Source: Thermoplasmata archaeon
GTDB taxonomy: Archaea; Thermoplasmatota; Thermoplasmata; Lutacidiplasmatales; UBA184
Length of the DNA: 64,000 nucleotides
Reading direction: 5' to 3'
Assembly: GCA_050011355.1 (NCBI GenBank)
Contig: JBEKJG010000001.1
Coordinates: 6,875-70,874 of the forward strand
The notes beneath the pieces are model-generated. The model made no database searches. It was given only the letters and a program-made list of their open reading frames with translations, and was not told the DNA's origin. The translations under genes were made by a program, and so were the position numbers. Numbering within the stretch: position 1 is the first letter of the stretch; every line of letters begins with the position of its first letter. Shown one piece after another: positions 53,423 through 62,942 of this stretch.

Positions 53423-54232
53423 TCAGGGTCGCACCGTGAGATAGACCGGGCCCCAGACCCGCATCCCGCCGGCGACCGAGATCGCACGGGAGGCGACGTT
53501 GGTCTGCGCGATCTCCGTGAGCACCCGCTGCGCGCCGGCGTGCCGGGCCCAGAGCATCCGGGCATGCCAGAGGTCGGCACCGACCCCCATGCGTCGGAAC
53601 CCCGGCCGCACGGAGAGTGAGTGCAAGCGTCCCCACTGGCCCACCACCGAGACCCACCCCGCCGCCACGAGGCCCGCCTCGAGTTCGACGACGAGGCATT
53701 TCTCCCCCTCCCGTTCGACGGGGCTGAGCCATCGTTCGTCCACGGCCCCGTTCACTTCCTGCAGCAGGCGGAGGAGGGCCGGCCGGTCGTCCTCGCGGGC
53801 CGCCCGGACCGGATGGCGATAGCCGTGCGGGCCCACGGAGGCCCACCCGTCCGTGACGAGGACGTCGTACACCTCGGCTGTTGGGACCAGCGGAAACTCG
53901 GAGAACACCCCGATCCCGCGGCGGGAGCGGGAGAACGCCTCCGCCAGGGCCAGGTCCCTCGTGAAGACGGAGCCGATGCGCTCGACCGGGTTGAAGAGGA
54001 AGAGCCCGTCGACGCGGCCGCCCACCGTCGAGACCAGGACCTCTCCCTCACATCGGAGGGTGTCGGCGATGAAGTGCGGGAGGAACGGGTCGAAGAATTC
54101 GGAGAGGTGCCCGAGCTCCTGCGGTGCAAGGTGGTCGTCGCGGGAGAGCGAATGGACCGACGGGGGCAATTCTATCGGTGGCTCCCCGGCGGGGGAGACG
54201 AGCTGGGAGGAACAGGGGGTAATGGGATCCAT
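53423..54232 (-). CDS. GNAT-family acetyltransferase (C-terminal GNAT domain, unassigned N-terminal half)
   Basis: ...VRAAREDDRPALLRLLQEV...LVVELEAGLVAAGWVSV...LSVRPGFRRMGVGADLW...GAQRVLTEIAQTNVASRAI. Confidence 0.7.
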   Translation of the reverse strand: MDPITPCSSQLVSPAGEPPIELPPSVHSLSRDDHLAPQELGHLSEFFDPFLPHFIADTLRCEGEVLVSTVGGRVDGLFLFNPVERIGSVFTRDLALAEAFSRSRRGIGVFSEFPLVPTAEVYDVLVTDGWASVGPHGYRHPVRAAREDDRPALLRLLQEVNGAVDERWLSPVEREGEKCLVVELEAGLVAAGWVSVVGQWGRLHSLSVRPGFRRMGVGADLWHARMLWARHAGAQRVLTEIAQTNVASRAISVAGGMRVWGPVYLTVRP

Positions 54233-54267
54233 GCGAACGGGCCTCCCACCCCGCGACCCCGACCGAC

Positions 54268-55701
54268 CTACAGGTGCCAGGTCGGGCCGCCGTATCCGAC
54301 CGGAAGCGGCGCGGGTTCGGCCGCGCCGAACGGGTCCGGGCGCGGCGTAGGCGCGCGACCCCGCTTCTTCGCGACGTACGCGTCGATGGCGTTCGCGGCG
54401 GCCGTGCCGGCGGACATGGCGTAGACCACCGACTTTCCTCCGGCGGCGAACACGCCCTCGACGTCGGTCATCCAGTCCTCCTTGGCCCCCTGGGGCCAGG
54501 GATGGGTGGCGAGCGAGAGGTTCAGCTCGGTGGGGAGGGTGCCGAGGTCGGCCTTCTCACCGACCGCGACGATGACGGTATCGCAGACGACCGTCTCCTC
54601 GGACCCCGGCACCGGCACGGAGGTCGGCCGACCGTGAGCGTCCGGGGGTCCGGCCCGCATCGTCTGGAGCACGATCCCGGTCACCTGGGCGGTGCCGAGG
54701 ATCTGGACGGGCGCCCGCTCGAAGAGGAACTGGACGCCCTCGATCTCGCCCCCGCCGACCTCCTCGTCGTCGGCCGGCATATCGTCCTTCGTCTTCCGAT
54801 AGACGACCGTGACGGTACCGCCCTCGTCCATCCGGACGGCCGAGCGCGCGGCGTCCATCGCCACGTCGCCTCCGCCGATCACGACGACCTTCCGCCCCTT
54901 CCGGCCCAGCAGGACCTCCGGTCCCTTGTTCACCGCCAGGAGGAACTGGATGGCGGAGAAGACCCCGGGCAGGTGCTCGCCGGGAATGCCCATGGCCCGG
55001 GGGTCCGAAGCCCCGATCGCCACGAAGACGGCGAGGTACCCCTCCTTCAGCAGGGTCTCGGGGGTGAAGCCGTCCCCGGCCTTCGCCGCGAGACGGAACG
55101 TCACGTCGAGGTTCTTGAACCGGGCGAGGTCGGTGTCGAGCTCGTTCCCGTCGAGGTGGTACTTCGGGATCGTGTCCATCTGACCTCCGAGGAACGGCTG
55201 CTCCTCGAAGACGGTGAGGGAGTATCCCCGCAGCGCGAGCTCCCAGGCGGCCATGAGGCCCGTCGGACCGCCCCCGATCACGGCAATCCGCTCGTTCTTC
55301 GGGGCGCTCGGCACGTAGAGGAGGTCCGAGTTCCCGTGCTCCAGCGCGGCCCGCTTCAGGTGCCGGATGGCGATCGGGACGCCCTTGCCGCCCATCACGC
55401 AGTCCTCCTCGCAGTAGTGGTAGCAGGTCTTGCAGAGGACCGTGGCCAGGGGGTTGTCGCGGAGCGTGAGGACCGCCGCCTCGTCGAACTTGTCCTGGGC
55501 GATCAGCGTGAGGTATCCCCGGCAGTCCTGCGTTATCGGGCAGGCCTGCACGCAGAACGGCATCTGGCACTGGAGGCACCGGCGTGCCTCGAGGATCGCC
55601 TCCTCCTTGCTGTACGCGTGGAGGATCTCCCCGAACGTCGAGGCCCTCTCGTCCTTGGTCTCTTCCGGAATCGGGGTCCGGTGGTAGCGGGGTCCGCCCA
55701 T
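54268..55701 (-). CDS. glutamate synthase small-subunit-like NAD(P)H oxidoreductase (GltD/SudA family)
   Basis: ATG at 55701. N-terminal Fe-S region CLQCQMPFCVQACPITQDC. Dinucleotide folds IAVIGGGPTGLMAA and VVVIGGGDVAMDAA. No large-subunit gene lies adjacent. Confidence 0.85.
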   Translation of the reverse strand: MGGPRYHRTPIPEETKDERASTFGEILHAYSKEEAILEARRCLQCQMPFCVQACPITQDCRGYLTLIAQDKFDEAAVLTLRDNPLATVLCKTCYHYCEEDCVMGGKGVPIAIRHLKRAALEHGNSDLLYVPSAPKNERIAVIGGGPTGLMAAWELALRGYSLTVFEEQPFLGGQMDTIPKYHLDGNELDTDLARFKNLDVTFRLAAKAGDGFTPETLLKEGYLAVFVAIGASDPRAMGIPGEHLPGVFSAIQFLLAVNKGPEVLLGRKGRKVVVIGGGDVAMDAARSAVRMDEGGTVTVVYRKTKDDMPADDEEVGGGEIEGVQFLFERAPVQILGTAQVTGIVLQTMRAGPPDAHGRPTSVPVPGSEETVVCDTVIVAVGEKADLGTLPTELNLSLATHPWPQGAKEDWMTDVEGVFAAGGKSVVYAMSAGTAAANAIDAYVAKKRGRAPTPRPDPFGAAEPAPLPVGYGGPTWHL

Positions 55702-55800
55702 CGTCGTGCGTCCCGGTCGGAGCGCCGACCGTGACCTCGGGGCCACCTCGGCCGCCAGTATATCCTCGTCGCGTCGAAGGGGCTCGGACGGACGACGAGC

Positions 55801-56073
55801 TCAGGAAGGGGCCGCGGGTTCCCGGGTCCGGGGCGCCGTGAGGATGCGCGCGCCCTCCCCCTTGGCGACGTAGACGTGGAGCGTGTCGCAGGTCTTTCGG
55901 AAGTACGCGCCCCCGTCGTCCCCGAAGGTGGTCCGCAGTCGCTCCTCGATCTCGGGGTCGGTGAGCCCGGGCTCGACCTCGGGGGTGAACTGGCACTCGA
56001 AGACGAGGAACCGGTGTCCCTCGAGGTCGAAACGGGCCGACTCCGGCCGGCCGCAAAAGGGACAGCTCAGCAC
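55801..56073 (-). CDS. small hypothetical protein (90 aa) with N-terminal CPFCG motif
   Basis: GTG start with G/C-ending codons. VLSCPFCGRPESARFDLEGHRFLVFECQFTPEVEPGLTDPEIEERL... Confidence 0.5.
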   Translation of the reverse strand: MLSCPFCGRPESARFDLEGHRFLVFECQFTPEVEPGLTDPEIEERLRTTFGDDGGAYFRKTCDTLHVYVAKGEGARILTAPRTREPAAPS

Positions 56074-56119
56074 GCGACGAACAACCGGACGCGGCGCTTA
56101 GCGTTGCTGGCAGGCAGGT

Positions 56120-56395
56120 TCAGTCGATGTATCCGAGCGAGCGGAGGCGGTCCTTGAGGACCTTCTCGTCCTCCTCGCTGAACGCGGTGGCGCCGGGGGT
56201 GCGGTCGACGAGGCGGCCGAGGATGAACGCGATCAGCTGGTCGACCGAGTCGAAGGAGGAGCCCTTCATCCGCTCCTCGAGCCCGCGGACGACCTCCTCG
56301 GGGAGCTGCACGTTCCGCAGGCCCCGGGGGGCCGGGGCGGAGGGGGCGGGCTCGGCAGTGGTGCCGGGAGCGTCCGGGGTCTCGGGAGGGGTCAT
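56120..56395 (-). CDS. ribbon-helix-helix (CopG-like) small protein
   Basis: The ATG at 56395 lies 2 nt after the guaA stop. An Ala/Pro-rich N-terminal tail, then RNVQLPEEVVRGLEERMKGSSFDSVDQLIAFILGRL (beta-alpha-alpha pattern), ending ...EDEKVLKDRLRSLGYID. Confidence 0.6.
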   Translation of the reverse strand: MTPPETPDAPGTTAEPAPSAPAPRGLRNVQLPEEVVRGLEERMKGSSFDSVDQLIAFILGRLVDRTPGATAFSEEDEKVLKDRLRSLGYID

Positions 56396-56397
56396 CG

Positions 56398-57345
56398 TCA
56401 CTCCCACTCGATCGTCGCGGGTGGCTTATCGGTGATGTCGTACAGCACCCGCACGACCTCCCCGTGGAGGGAGCGGGTGATCCGCTCGGAGATGCGCTGG
56501 GCCACGGGGCGGGGCAGTTCGGCGGAGGTCGCGGTCATCGCGTCGACGGAATCGACGATCCGGACGCTCACGGCTTCTCCGTGGACCCGGTTGTCGCCGA
56601 GCACCCCGACCGTGAGGCCGGGCAGGAGGACGGCGAAGTACTGCCAGGGCGCCCGCATCGCGTGCTCGGCGACCGCGCGCTCGACCTCCTCCTCGACGAC
56701 CGCGTTGGCGACCCGGACCCGGCGGATCCGGTCGGGCGTGACCGGGCCCGCGACCCGAACGGCGAGGCCGGGACCGGGGAACGGTTGGCGCTCGGGCGAG
56801 GGGACCCCCAGCTCCCGGGCGACCGCCCGCACCTCATCCTTGTAGAGGTCGCGAAGCGGCTCGACCAGTCGCAGCTTGCTGTCCGCCGGAACCCCGCCGA
56901 CGTTGTGGTGGGTCTTGATCGTGTCCCGCAGGGAGCCGCCGCTCTCGATCCAGTCGGGCGCGATCGTCCCCTGGACCAGGCGGTCGGTGCCGAACCGTTC
57001 GGCCTCGGTCTCGAACAGCCGGATGAAGGCGGTCCCGATGCGTCGGCGCTTTTCTTCGGGGTCCGTCACGCCGGCGAGCGTCCCGAAGAACCGGTCCGCG
57101 GCGGAGAGGACCTCGAACCGCAGCCCCGCGGCCCGGAAGAGCTCGCTCACCCGCTCGACCTCCTTCTCCCGGAGCAGGCCCGTATCGACGAAGATCGCCC
57201 GCGCCCGGTCCCCGAGGGCCTTCTCGGTCAGCAGGGTGGCCACGGTGGAGTCGATCCCGCCGGAAGCGGCGATGATAGCCTTCCCCGGAACCTCGGTGCG
57301 CAGCCGTGCGACCGCGTCCGCGACGAACTTCGCGGGGTCGTTCAC
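56398..57345 (-). CDS. guaA: GMP synthase, ATP-pyrophosphatase subunit (archaeal subunit B)
   Basis: The GTG at 57345 overlaps the purE stop (GTGA). PP-loop IIAASGGIDSTV, and the C-terminal ...YDITDKPPATIEWE typical of GMP synthase. No glutamine amidotransferase domain is present. Confidence 0.9.
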   Translation of the reverse strand: MNDPAKFVADAVARLRTEVPGKAIIAASGGIDSTVATLLTEKALGDRARAIFVDTGLLREKEVERVSELFRAAGLRFEVLSAADRFFGTLAGVTDPEEKRRRIGTAFIRLFETEAERFGTDRLVQGTIAPDWIESGGSLRDTIKTHHNVGGVPADSKLRLVEPLRDLYKDEVRAVARELGVPSPERQPFPGPGLAVRVAGPVTPDRIRRVRVANAVVEEEVERAVAEHAMRAPWQYFAVLLPGLTVGVLGDNRVHGEAVSVRIVDSVDAMTATSAELPRPVAQRISERITRSLHGEVVRVLYDITDKPPATIEWE

Positions 57346-57803
57346 GCCGGGCGCACCACCTGCGGGTCGGGCTCCTCCCGCCACTTGGCGCGGTAGGCCT
57401 TCAGTCGCGCCTCGAGCTCGGGGTGCTTGAGGGCCAGGATCTCCGTCGCGAGGAGGGCGGCGTTCTCCGCCGCGTCCAGGCCGACGGCGGCGACCGGGAT
57501 GCCGGGGGGCATCTGGACGACCGAGAGGAGGCTGTCGAGCCCGAGGCCCCGGTGGAGCGGAACGCCGATCACCGGCCGCAGGGTGCGGGCGGCGACCACG
57601 CCGGGAAGCGCCGCCGAGAGCCCGGCCATCGCGATGAACACCTCGGTCTCGGGGTCGGCCACGAGGCGGTCGACTTTGTCCGGGTTCCGGTGCGCCGAGG
57701 CGACATGCACCTCGCACGGGACCTGGAATTCGGTCAACCGGACCCGTACCTTCTCGGCCGTCTCGAGGTCGGATTTGCTGCCGACCAGTACCGTGACCTT
57801 CAC
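57342..57803 (-). CDS. purE: phosphoribosylaminoimidazole carboxylase catalytic subunit / N5-CAIR mutase (PurE)
   Basis: GTG at 57803. VKVTVLVGSKSDLETAEKV, VASAHRNPDKV, AGLSAALPGVVAA, VIGVP. Confidence 0.9.
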   Translation of the reverse strand: MKVTVLVGSKSDLETAEKVRVRLTEFQVPCEVHVASAHRNPDKVDRLVADPETEVFIAMAGLSAALPGVVAARTLRPVIGVPLHRGLGLDSLLSVVQMPPGIPVAAVGLDAAENAALLATEILALKHPELEARLKAYRAKWREEPDPQVVRPA

Positions 57804-57955
57804 GCCCCGACCGAGCCGCGCCGGGGGAAAAACGTTGCCGGGCGGTGGGCCGCCAACGTCTCTCCCGGACGACCGACTCCGGAAGGAGGAACGGCTCCGG
57901 GCCCCCGAGGGCGGCCGCCCCTCAACCTCATAGGCGACCTGGGCCCCTGCCGGCA

Positions 57956-58609
57956 ATGCCCCTCCGATTGCACCGGCGCGGTCGGTTCCGGAGCTGGCTC
58001 GGCGCCCGCTTTGGGGGCGACCTCGAGCTCGGGGACCGGATCTGGCGTCGGGTGCTCCACGGGCTGTGCGCGGCGATCCTGTTCTACTACCTCCTGCCGG
58101 AGGAGTTCTTCCTGTTCGCCCCGAAGGAGGTCGTGCTCGTCCTCGCCCTCGTGGCGGTGCTCCTCCTCGAGACGCTCCGCCACCTCGCCGGCCTCGAGCT
58201 GCCCACGATCCGCCCGTACGAGCAGCGGCGGGTCGCGAGCTTCGCGTTCTTCGCCGTGGCGATCGTCGTCGCGATCCTCCTGTTCCCCGAACCGATCGCG
58301 GCGGCCGTCGTGCTGGGGACCGCGCTCGTCGACCCGCTCGCGGGCGAGCTGCGCATCGCCCGCGTGCGGGCGGCCGGCCTCTGGGCCGTCCCGGTTGCGG
58401 CCTATGCCGGGCTCGCCTTCGTCGGTCTCGCGCTGATCGGGCGGTGGCCGGTCCTCGACTCCCTTGGCCTCGCCCTCCTCGCCGCGCCCATCGCGGTGGC
58501 GGTCGAGCGCCCCAAGACCCGGTGGGTGGACGACGACCTCGCGATGACGTTCGTGCCGGCGGTCGTGCTCTACGTCGTCGCGGTGCTGGTCCTTCGGCTG
58601 CCGGTGTAG
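57956..58609 (+). CDS. integral membrane protein (about 6 TM); weak resemblance to the polyprenol/dolichol kinase-CTP transferase superfamily
   Basis: ATG at 57956 inside ORF 57845..58609. Hydrophobic helices throughout, with ...GTALVDPLAGELR... as the only polar conserved-looking patch. Family assignment is tentative. Confidence 0.5.
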   Translation: MPLRLHRRGRFRSWLGARFGGDLELGDRIWRRVLHGLCAAILFYYLLPEEFFLFAPKEVVLVLALVAVLLLETLRHLAGLELPTIRPYEQRRVASFAFFAVAIVVAILLFPEPIAAAVVLGTALVDPLAGELRIARVRAAGLWAVPVAAYAGLAFVGLALIGRWPVLDSLGLALLAAPIAVAVERPKTRWVDDDLAMTFVPAVVLYVVAVLVLRLPV

Positions 58610-58622
58610 CGGCGCCGCGCTC

Positions 58623-60167
58623 CTAGACGATCGGGGTCAGCACCGTGTGCGGCAGGCCTTTCTCGGGGTCGGGGCTGATCGCGTAGAGGGTCGTGCGCGG
58701 CCGGATCCCGTAGATGCACGGCTGGTTGTCGATGTTGATGACACGGAAGTACGTGTCCATCATGTTGAGGATCTCGCTCGAGACGAGCAGCCCCGGCTTC
58801 AGGAGGCCGATCCCGAGGTTCCCGGCGTGCTTCGCCCGGGAGACGCCCTGGAAGTAGAGCCGGATCGCCACCTGGTCGCCCATCAGGCTCTCGAAGGTGT
58901 CGAACGCAGTGTACTCGATGAACGGCTTCCGGTCGGGTCCGCCCGCGGCCTTGTCGGCGGCGACCATCGCCCGGAGCGCCTCGTCGCGTCCGAACCGCGC
59001 CATCGGTAGGATGTACGGCTCCTCGGTCTCGTTCGCCGCGTAGTCCGGGATACGGACGCGGGTGTCGAACGTGTTCGCCGGGACGTGGCGGACGAGCGTC
59101 TCGCGCAGCTTGTCCGGCGACTCCCCCGCCGCGAGGACCGCGATGATCCCCCGTCCCTGCGAGAGGAAGTTGAGGAACGTCGGCGTGAACAGCATGTAGT
59201 AGTCGTCGATCCCGACATTGACGTCGACCTCGAACGCGTTGAAGCTGCCCCGCCGGAACCCGCCGCCGAGGAGCTTGTCGAAGTCCGGGATCCCGGTCGA
59301 GTAGAACCGTTCGGGGTCCGCCGCGGGCTTCCACGCCCCCGTCGGGGTCGGCGCGTGCCCGTCGCGGGTCGTGCCGAGCGCCTCGAATCGTCCGCCGCTC
59401 AGCGTGACGGCGTACCGGGCCTGTCCGATGTGGGTCGCGCGGAGCTTCTCCAGCCGCAGGTGCCGGACCCGCCGTTCGTCCAGCTCCTCGCGCTGGATCG
59501 AGATGAGGCCGTCGACGAGGTACTCGATCCCGCCCGCCTCGGGCTTTTCGAGGATCATGACGACGTCCGTGCTCGAGCCCTCGACCAGGTCCTTCTGGAG
59601 GGCCATCACGAACTCTTCCATCTCGAGACCGTACTTGTGGGTCACGCCCTCGAGAGAGTCGATGACGAGCAGCGACTTCTCCGGGAGCGCCCGCTCGATG
59701 CGGGTGTAGACGTTCTCGACCTCGGGCATCGGGCTCCGCTGCAGGAGCGCCTGCAGGTGCGTCCGGTCGACCCGCGTGGGCGGACCGCGCTCCTGCCCGA
59801 ACGTCCCCAGGACCTCCTTGCCCGCGCGGATCTTCCGCTGCTCGGATTCGGGGAGCGGTTTTTCGGCCGCCTTGCCGCTGGAGTTGATCGTGTCGAGGAA
59901 CAGCTTCGCGGCGTCCAGGACGCGGGTCCGCATCTCGCTGGTCTTGAGCCAGGGGAACTGCCGGTAGAGCGCCTCGTCGCCGACGCGGGTCGAGAGGTAG
60001 TACGATCGGTTCGGCTGGCCCACGCGCTCGAGGAGCTCGAGCCCAAAGGTGGTCTTTCCCGTTCCGGCGCCGCCCTTCACGATCAGGGATCGTCCGCCCT
60101 TCCCGCTGAGGAAGGCGATGACCTCGGGAGGCACTCCCCCGACCGTGCTACCGTCGTTCGCACTCAT
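58623..60167 (-). CDS. two-domain RecA-superfamily ATPase of the KaiC/GvpD/RAD55 group (only the first domain has a P-loop)
   Basis: Walker A GGAGTGKTT (60051-60074) and Walker B LLVIDSLEG. The second KaiC-like half (YSTGIPDFDKLLGGGFRRGSFNAFEVDVNVG...) lacks GK[ST]. Confidence 0.85.
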   Translation of the reverse strand: MSANDGSTVGGVPPEVIAFLSGKGGRSLIVKGGAGTGKTTFGLELLERVGQPNRSYYLSTRVGDEALYRQFPWLKTSEMRTRVLDAAKLFLDTINSSGKAAEKPLPESEQRKIRAGKEVLGTFGQERGPPTRVDRTHLQALLQRSPMPEVENVYTRIERALPEKSLLVIDSLEGVTHKYGLEMEEFVMALQKDLVEGSSTDVVMILEKPEAGGIEYLVDGLISIQREELDERRVRHLRLEKLRATHIGQARYAVTLSGGRFEALGTTRDGHAPTPTGAWKPAADPERFYSTGIPDFDKLLGGGFRRGSFNAFEVDVNVGIDDYYMLFTPTFLNFLSQGRGIIAVLAAGESPDKLRETLVRHVPANTFDTRVRIPDYAANETEEPYILPMARFGRDEALRAMVAADKAAGGPDRKPFIEYTAFDTFESLMGDQVAIRLYFQGVSRAKHAGNLGIGLLKPGLLVSSEILNMMDTYFRVINIDNQPCIYGIRPRTTLYAISPDPEKGLPHTVLTPIV

Positions 60168-60288
60168 GGTGATGTGTGGCTCACGGCTGTACCGAGGGAC
60201 CCATCGCCCACGATATCATCCCGTAACCCACCGATAGATGGGCACACTCCTAAGGTAAAGGTTTGCTCCGCAGCGGAGGGCGTTCGGC

Positions 60289-62853
60289 TCACCCTCCGGC
60301 GGCCTTCCGCGCCTCGGCACGGGCGGACTCCCGGGCCTCGTGCAGCGGCCGCCCCGGCTCGCCCACGGCCGTCGCGGCCGAGGGGTTCCCCCCGCCCCGC
60401 CCGCCGAAGTTGCCCTTCGCGGCCTCGACCAGCGCTGCCGCGGAGACCTGCGGCGAGCTCGACCCGACGAACAGGATCCCCTTGCCCTCCCGCTCGGAGG
60501 TGAGGACGGCGACCCGGCGCGGGCCCCGGGTCAGCAGGCGCGAGAGCTCCTGCAGGCCGTTCCGGTCGAGGTCGACCTGGGCCTGGATCACCGTCACGTC
60601 CCCGACGACCTCGGTGGCCGAGGGGTCACCGGTGAGCCGCTCGGCCGTCTGGCCGAGGTCCTCCTTCGTTCGCGCCTTCGCGAGTTTCCGTGACTCCTCG
60701 ACCTCGCCGAGGAGGCGGTCGATCCCCTGCGGCAGGCCGGTGATCGGGACCCCGAGTCGCCGGGCGGCCTCCTTCAGGACCTGCTCGTGCTCCTCCCGGA
60801 CGTCTAGCGCCCGCTCCCCGCTGACGTAGGTCAGCCGAACGATCCCGTCCTGGATCCGCTCGACGTCCAGGATCCCGATCGCGCCGACCTCGCTCGTGTG
60901 GGTGCAATGGGTCCCCCCGCACGCCTCGACATCCATCCCGGCGACCTCGACGATCCGGAGCTCCTTGCCCGGCACCGCGCCGCCCTGGTACAGCGTGAAG
61001 CCGAACCGGCGCTCGGCCTCGCTGCGGGACTCGAAGTAGCTCTTCACCGGCAGGTCCTGACGGACGATCTCGTTCACCCGGCGTTCGACCCGGTGGAGCT
61101 CCTCCCGGCTGAGTGCCTTGTAGTGCGTGATGTCAATCCGCGCCGACTCGGGGCCCTTGTAGGCGCCCGCCTGCCAGACGTGGGGCCCCAGCACCTCCCG
61201 CAGCGCTCCGTTGAGGAGGTGGGTGGCGGTGTGGTGCTGCATCAGCTGGAGCCGCCGCGCCTTGTCGATGCGGCCGCGGACCCGCTCGCCGACCGCCCAG
61301 GGGGCGGGACGGTCGAGGCGGTGGAGGACCCAGGGTCCCTTCCGGGCCACATCGACCACCTCGTGGTCGCCGAGATGGCCACGGTCCGAGACCTGCCCTC
61401 CGCCGGTGGGGTAGAAGTACGTGCGGTCGAGGGCCACGAACGGCCCTTCGGCGAACACCACGTGCGCCTCGAAGGTGTCGGTGTACGGGTCGAGATAGTA
61501 GAGGACCTCGGTGGGGGGCGTCGCCGGCGGGAGGTCGGGGAGGCCCTCGGTCTTCTCGGTGTAGTCGGTCGAGGGGACCTCGGATTCGTGGCGCGCGGCG
61601 ACCCGGGCGTAGAAGTCGGCCGGCACCGCCGGCGGCTCCTTCAGCTCCTCGACCGCGACCTCGGGCGGTACGCCGAGGGAGTCGTACCACTCGAGGAGGT
61701 CGTCCTCCGTGATGCGCCCGCCGCTCGAGCGTGCGCGCTCCTCCTGCCGACGGATCGCCCCTCGGGCCCGCTCGATCGCCTCCCCGTACCGCTCAACCTC
61801 GTTCTCAACCACTCGGTGGAGATCCTCACGGTGCTGGCCGATCTCGGGGTGGTAATGGGCCAGGTCGCGGGCGGTCCGGTCGAGGATCGCCGTGATCGCC
61901 GGCGCCTCGGGGACCTTGCTCAGCAGCCTGAGCGAGCGGCGAATGAGCAGGCGGACGAAGTAGCCCTCCTTGCTGTTGGACGGCACGACCCCGTCCGTGA
62001 TCAGGAAATTCAGCGCCCGGGCGTGGTCGAGGAGGATCGCCGCCTCTCGGGGAGGGAAGGTGCGTCGTATCTCGTCGTACGACTCCCCGAACACCGCCTC
62101 GTAGGCGTTCTTCGTGCCGTGGCTCGCCCAGGTGAACCGTTCGAGCCCGTAGCCCGTATCGACCACCGTGAGCGGCATCGGCCGGATCTCGCTCCCGTCC
62201 CGGATGTACTCCATGAAGACGAGCGTGCCGAGCTCGAGCCCCGAGACCCCGACGCTGAGCGACGGGCCGAGGTTGCCGCCGCCTTCCCAGACCTCCTCCT
62301 TGTAGGTGATCCCCCGAGGGTCGGTGCCCAGCTCCGACGTGAGAAGCTCGTGGCAGAGCTCCACGCACCGCTCCTTGAAGTAGACCTCGTGGTCGGGCCG
62401 GTTGAACGCGTGATGCGCCATCATCTCGAACTCGGTGAAGTGGCGGCCGCTCCGGCCCACCTCCTCGAGGTCGATGAACCGGAGGCACGGCTGGCTGATC
62501 GTGAGCGGGTTGGCGGGGGGCGGGATCGCCCCGCTCGTGACCCAGGGCTGGAAGTCGTAGATCGACGCCTGGGTGAAGAAGACGTCGTTCCGCCACCGGG
62601 CGACCGTAGGATAGCGCCGGATCCTCGTGTGGCCGCGGTGCTCGAAGAAGGAGAGGTAGGCCTCCCGCATCTCGGTGTAGGAGTACGCGCGGCGGAACAG
62701 GGGATGTCCGATGAACCCGTACTCCCGGCACGGGGCCTCCTGGCACCGGTCGTGGTCGCCGAGCGACCAGAACGCCGCGCCACAGACGACGCAGGTCCGG
62801 CGCTGGAACCCTCCCTGCCGGAAGAACCGGAGGTCGTACTCCGAGGCGTCCAT
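60289..62853 (-). CDS. alaS: alanine--tRNA ligase, archaeal type
   Basis: N-terminus MDASEYDLRFFRQGGFQRRTCVVCGAAFWS...; class-II core FTEFEMMAHHAF; editing/zinc motifs HHTATHLL and CGGTHC. 854 aa. Confidence 0.95.
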   Translation of the reverse strand: MDASEYDLRFFRQGGFQRRTCVVCGAAFWSLGDHDRCQEAPCREYGFIGHPLFRRAYSYTEMREAYLSFFEHRGHTRIRRYPTVARWRNDVFFTQASIYDFQPWVTSGAIPPPANPLTISQPCLRFIDLEEVGRSGRHFTEFEMMAHHAFNRPDHEVYFKERCVELCHELLTSELGTDPRGITYKEEVWEGGGNLGPSLSVGVSGLELGTLVFMEYIRDGSEIRPMPLTVVDTGYGLERFTWASHGTKNAYEAVFGESYDEIRRTFPPREAAILLDHARALNFLITDGVVPSNSKEGYFVRLLIRRSLRLLSKVPEAPAITAILDRTARDLAHYHPEIGQHREDLHRVVENEVERYGEAIERARGAIRRQEERARSSGGRITEDDLLEWYDSLGVPPEVAVEELKEPPAVPADFYARVAARHESEVPSTDYTEKTEGLPDLPPATPPTEVLYYLDPYTDTFEAHVVFAEGPFVALDRTYFYPTGGGQVSDRGHLGDHEVVDVARKGPWVLHRLDRPAPWAVGERVRGRIDKARRLQLMQHHTATHLLNGALREVLGPHVWQAGAYKGPESARIDITHYKALSREELHRVERRVNEIVRQDLPVKSYFESRSEAERRFGFTLYQGGAVPGKELRIVEVAGMDVEACGGTHCTHTSEVGAIGILDVERIQDGIVRLTYVSGERALDVREEHEQVLKEAARRLGVPITGLPQGIDRLLGEVEESRKLAKARTKEDLGQTAERLTGDPSATEVVGDVTVIQAQVDLDRNGLQELSRLLTRGPRRVAVLTSEREGKGILFVGSSSPQVSAAALVEAAKGNFGGRGGGNPSAATAVGEPGRPLHEARESARAEARKAAGG

Positions 62854-62879
62854 GAACGGGCCGCCGACGCCCCTCGGTG

Positions 62880-62885
62880 CTTTAA
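62880..62885 (-). promoter_or_regulatory. TATA-like box (TTAAAG on the minus strand) about 30 nt upstream of the alaS ATG
   Basis: The plus strand reads GCTTTAACAATT at 62879-62890, the only AT-rich patch in the 89-nt alaS/MFS divergent spacer. It could also serve the plus-strand MFS gene, about 55 nt downstream. Confidence 0.35.
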
Positions 62886-62942
62886 CAATTCGGCCGCATC
62901 CTCGGGAGCACCGGCGATGGCGGAGCTCGGAGACCGCGCGAA

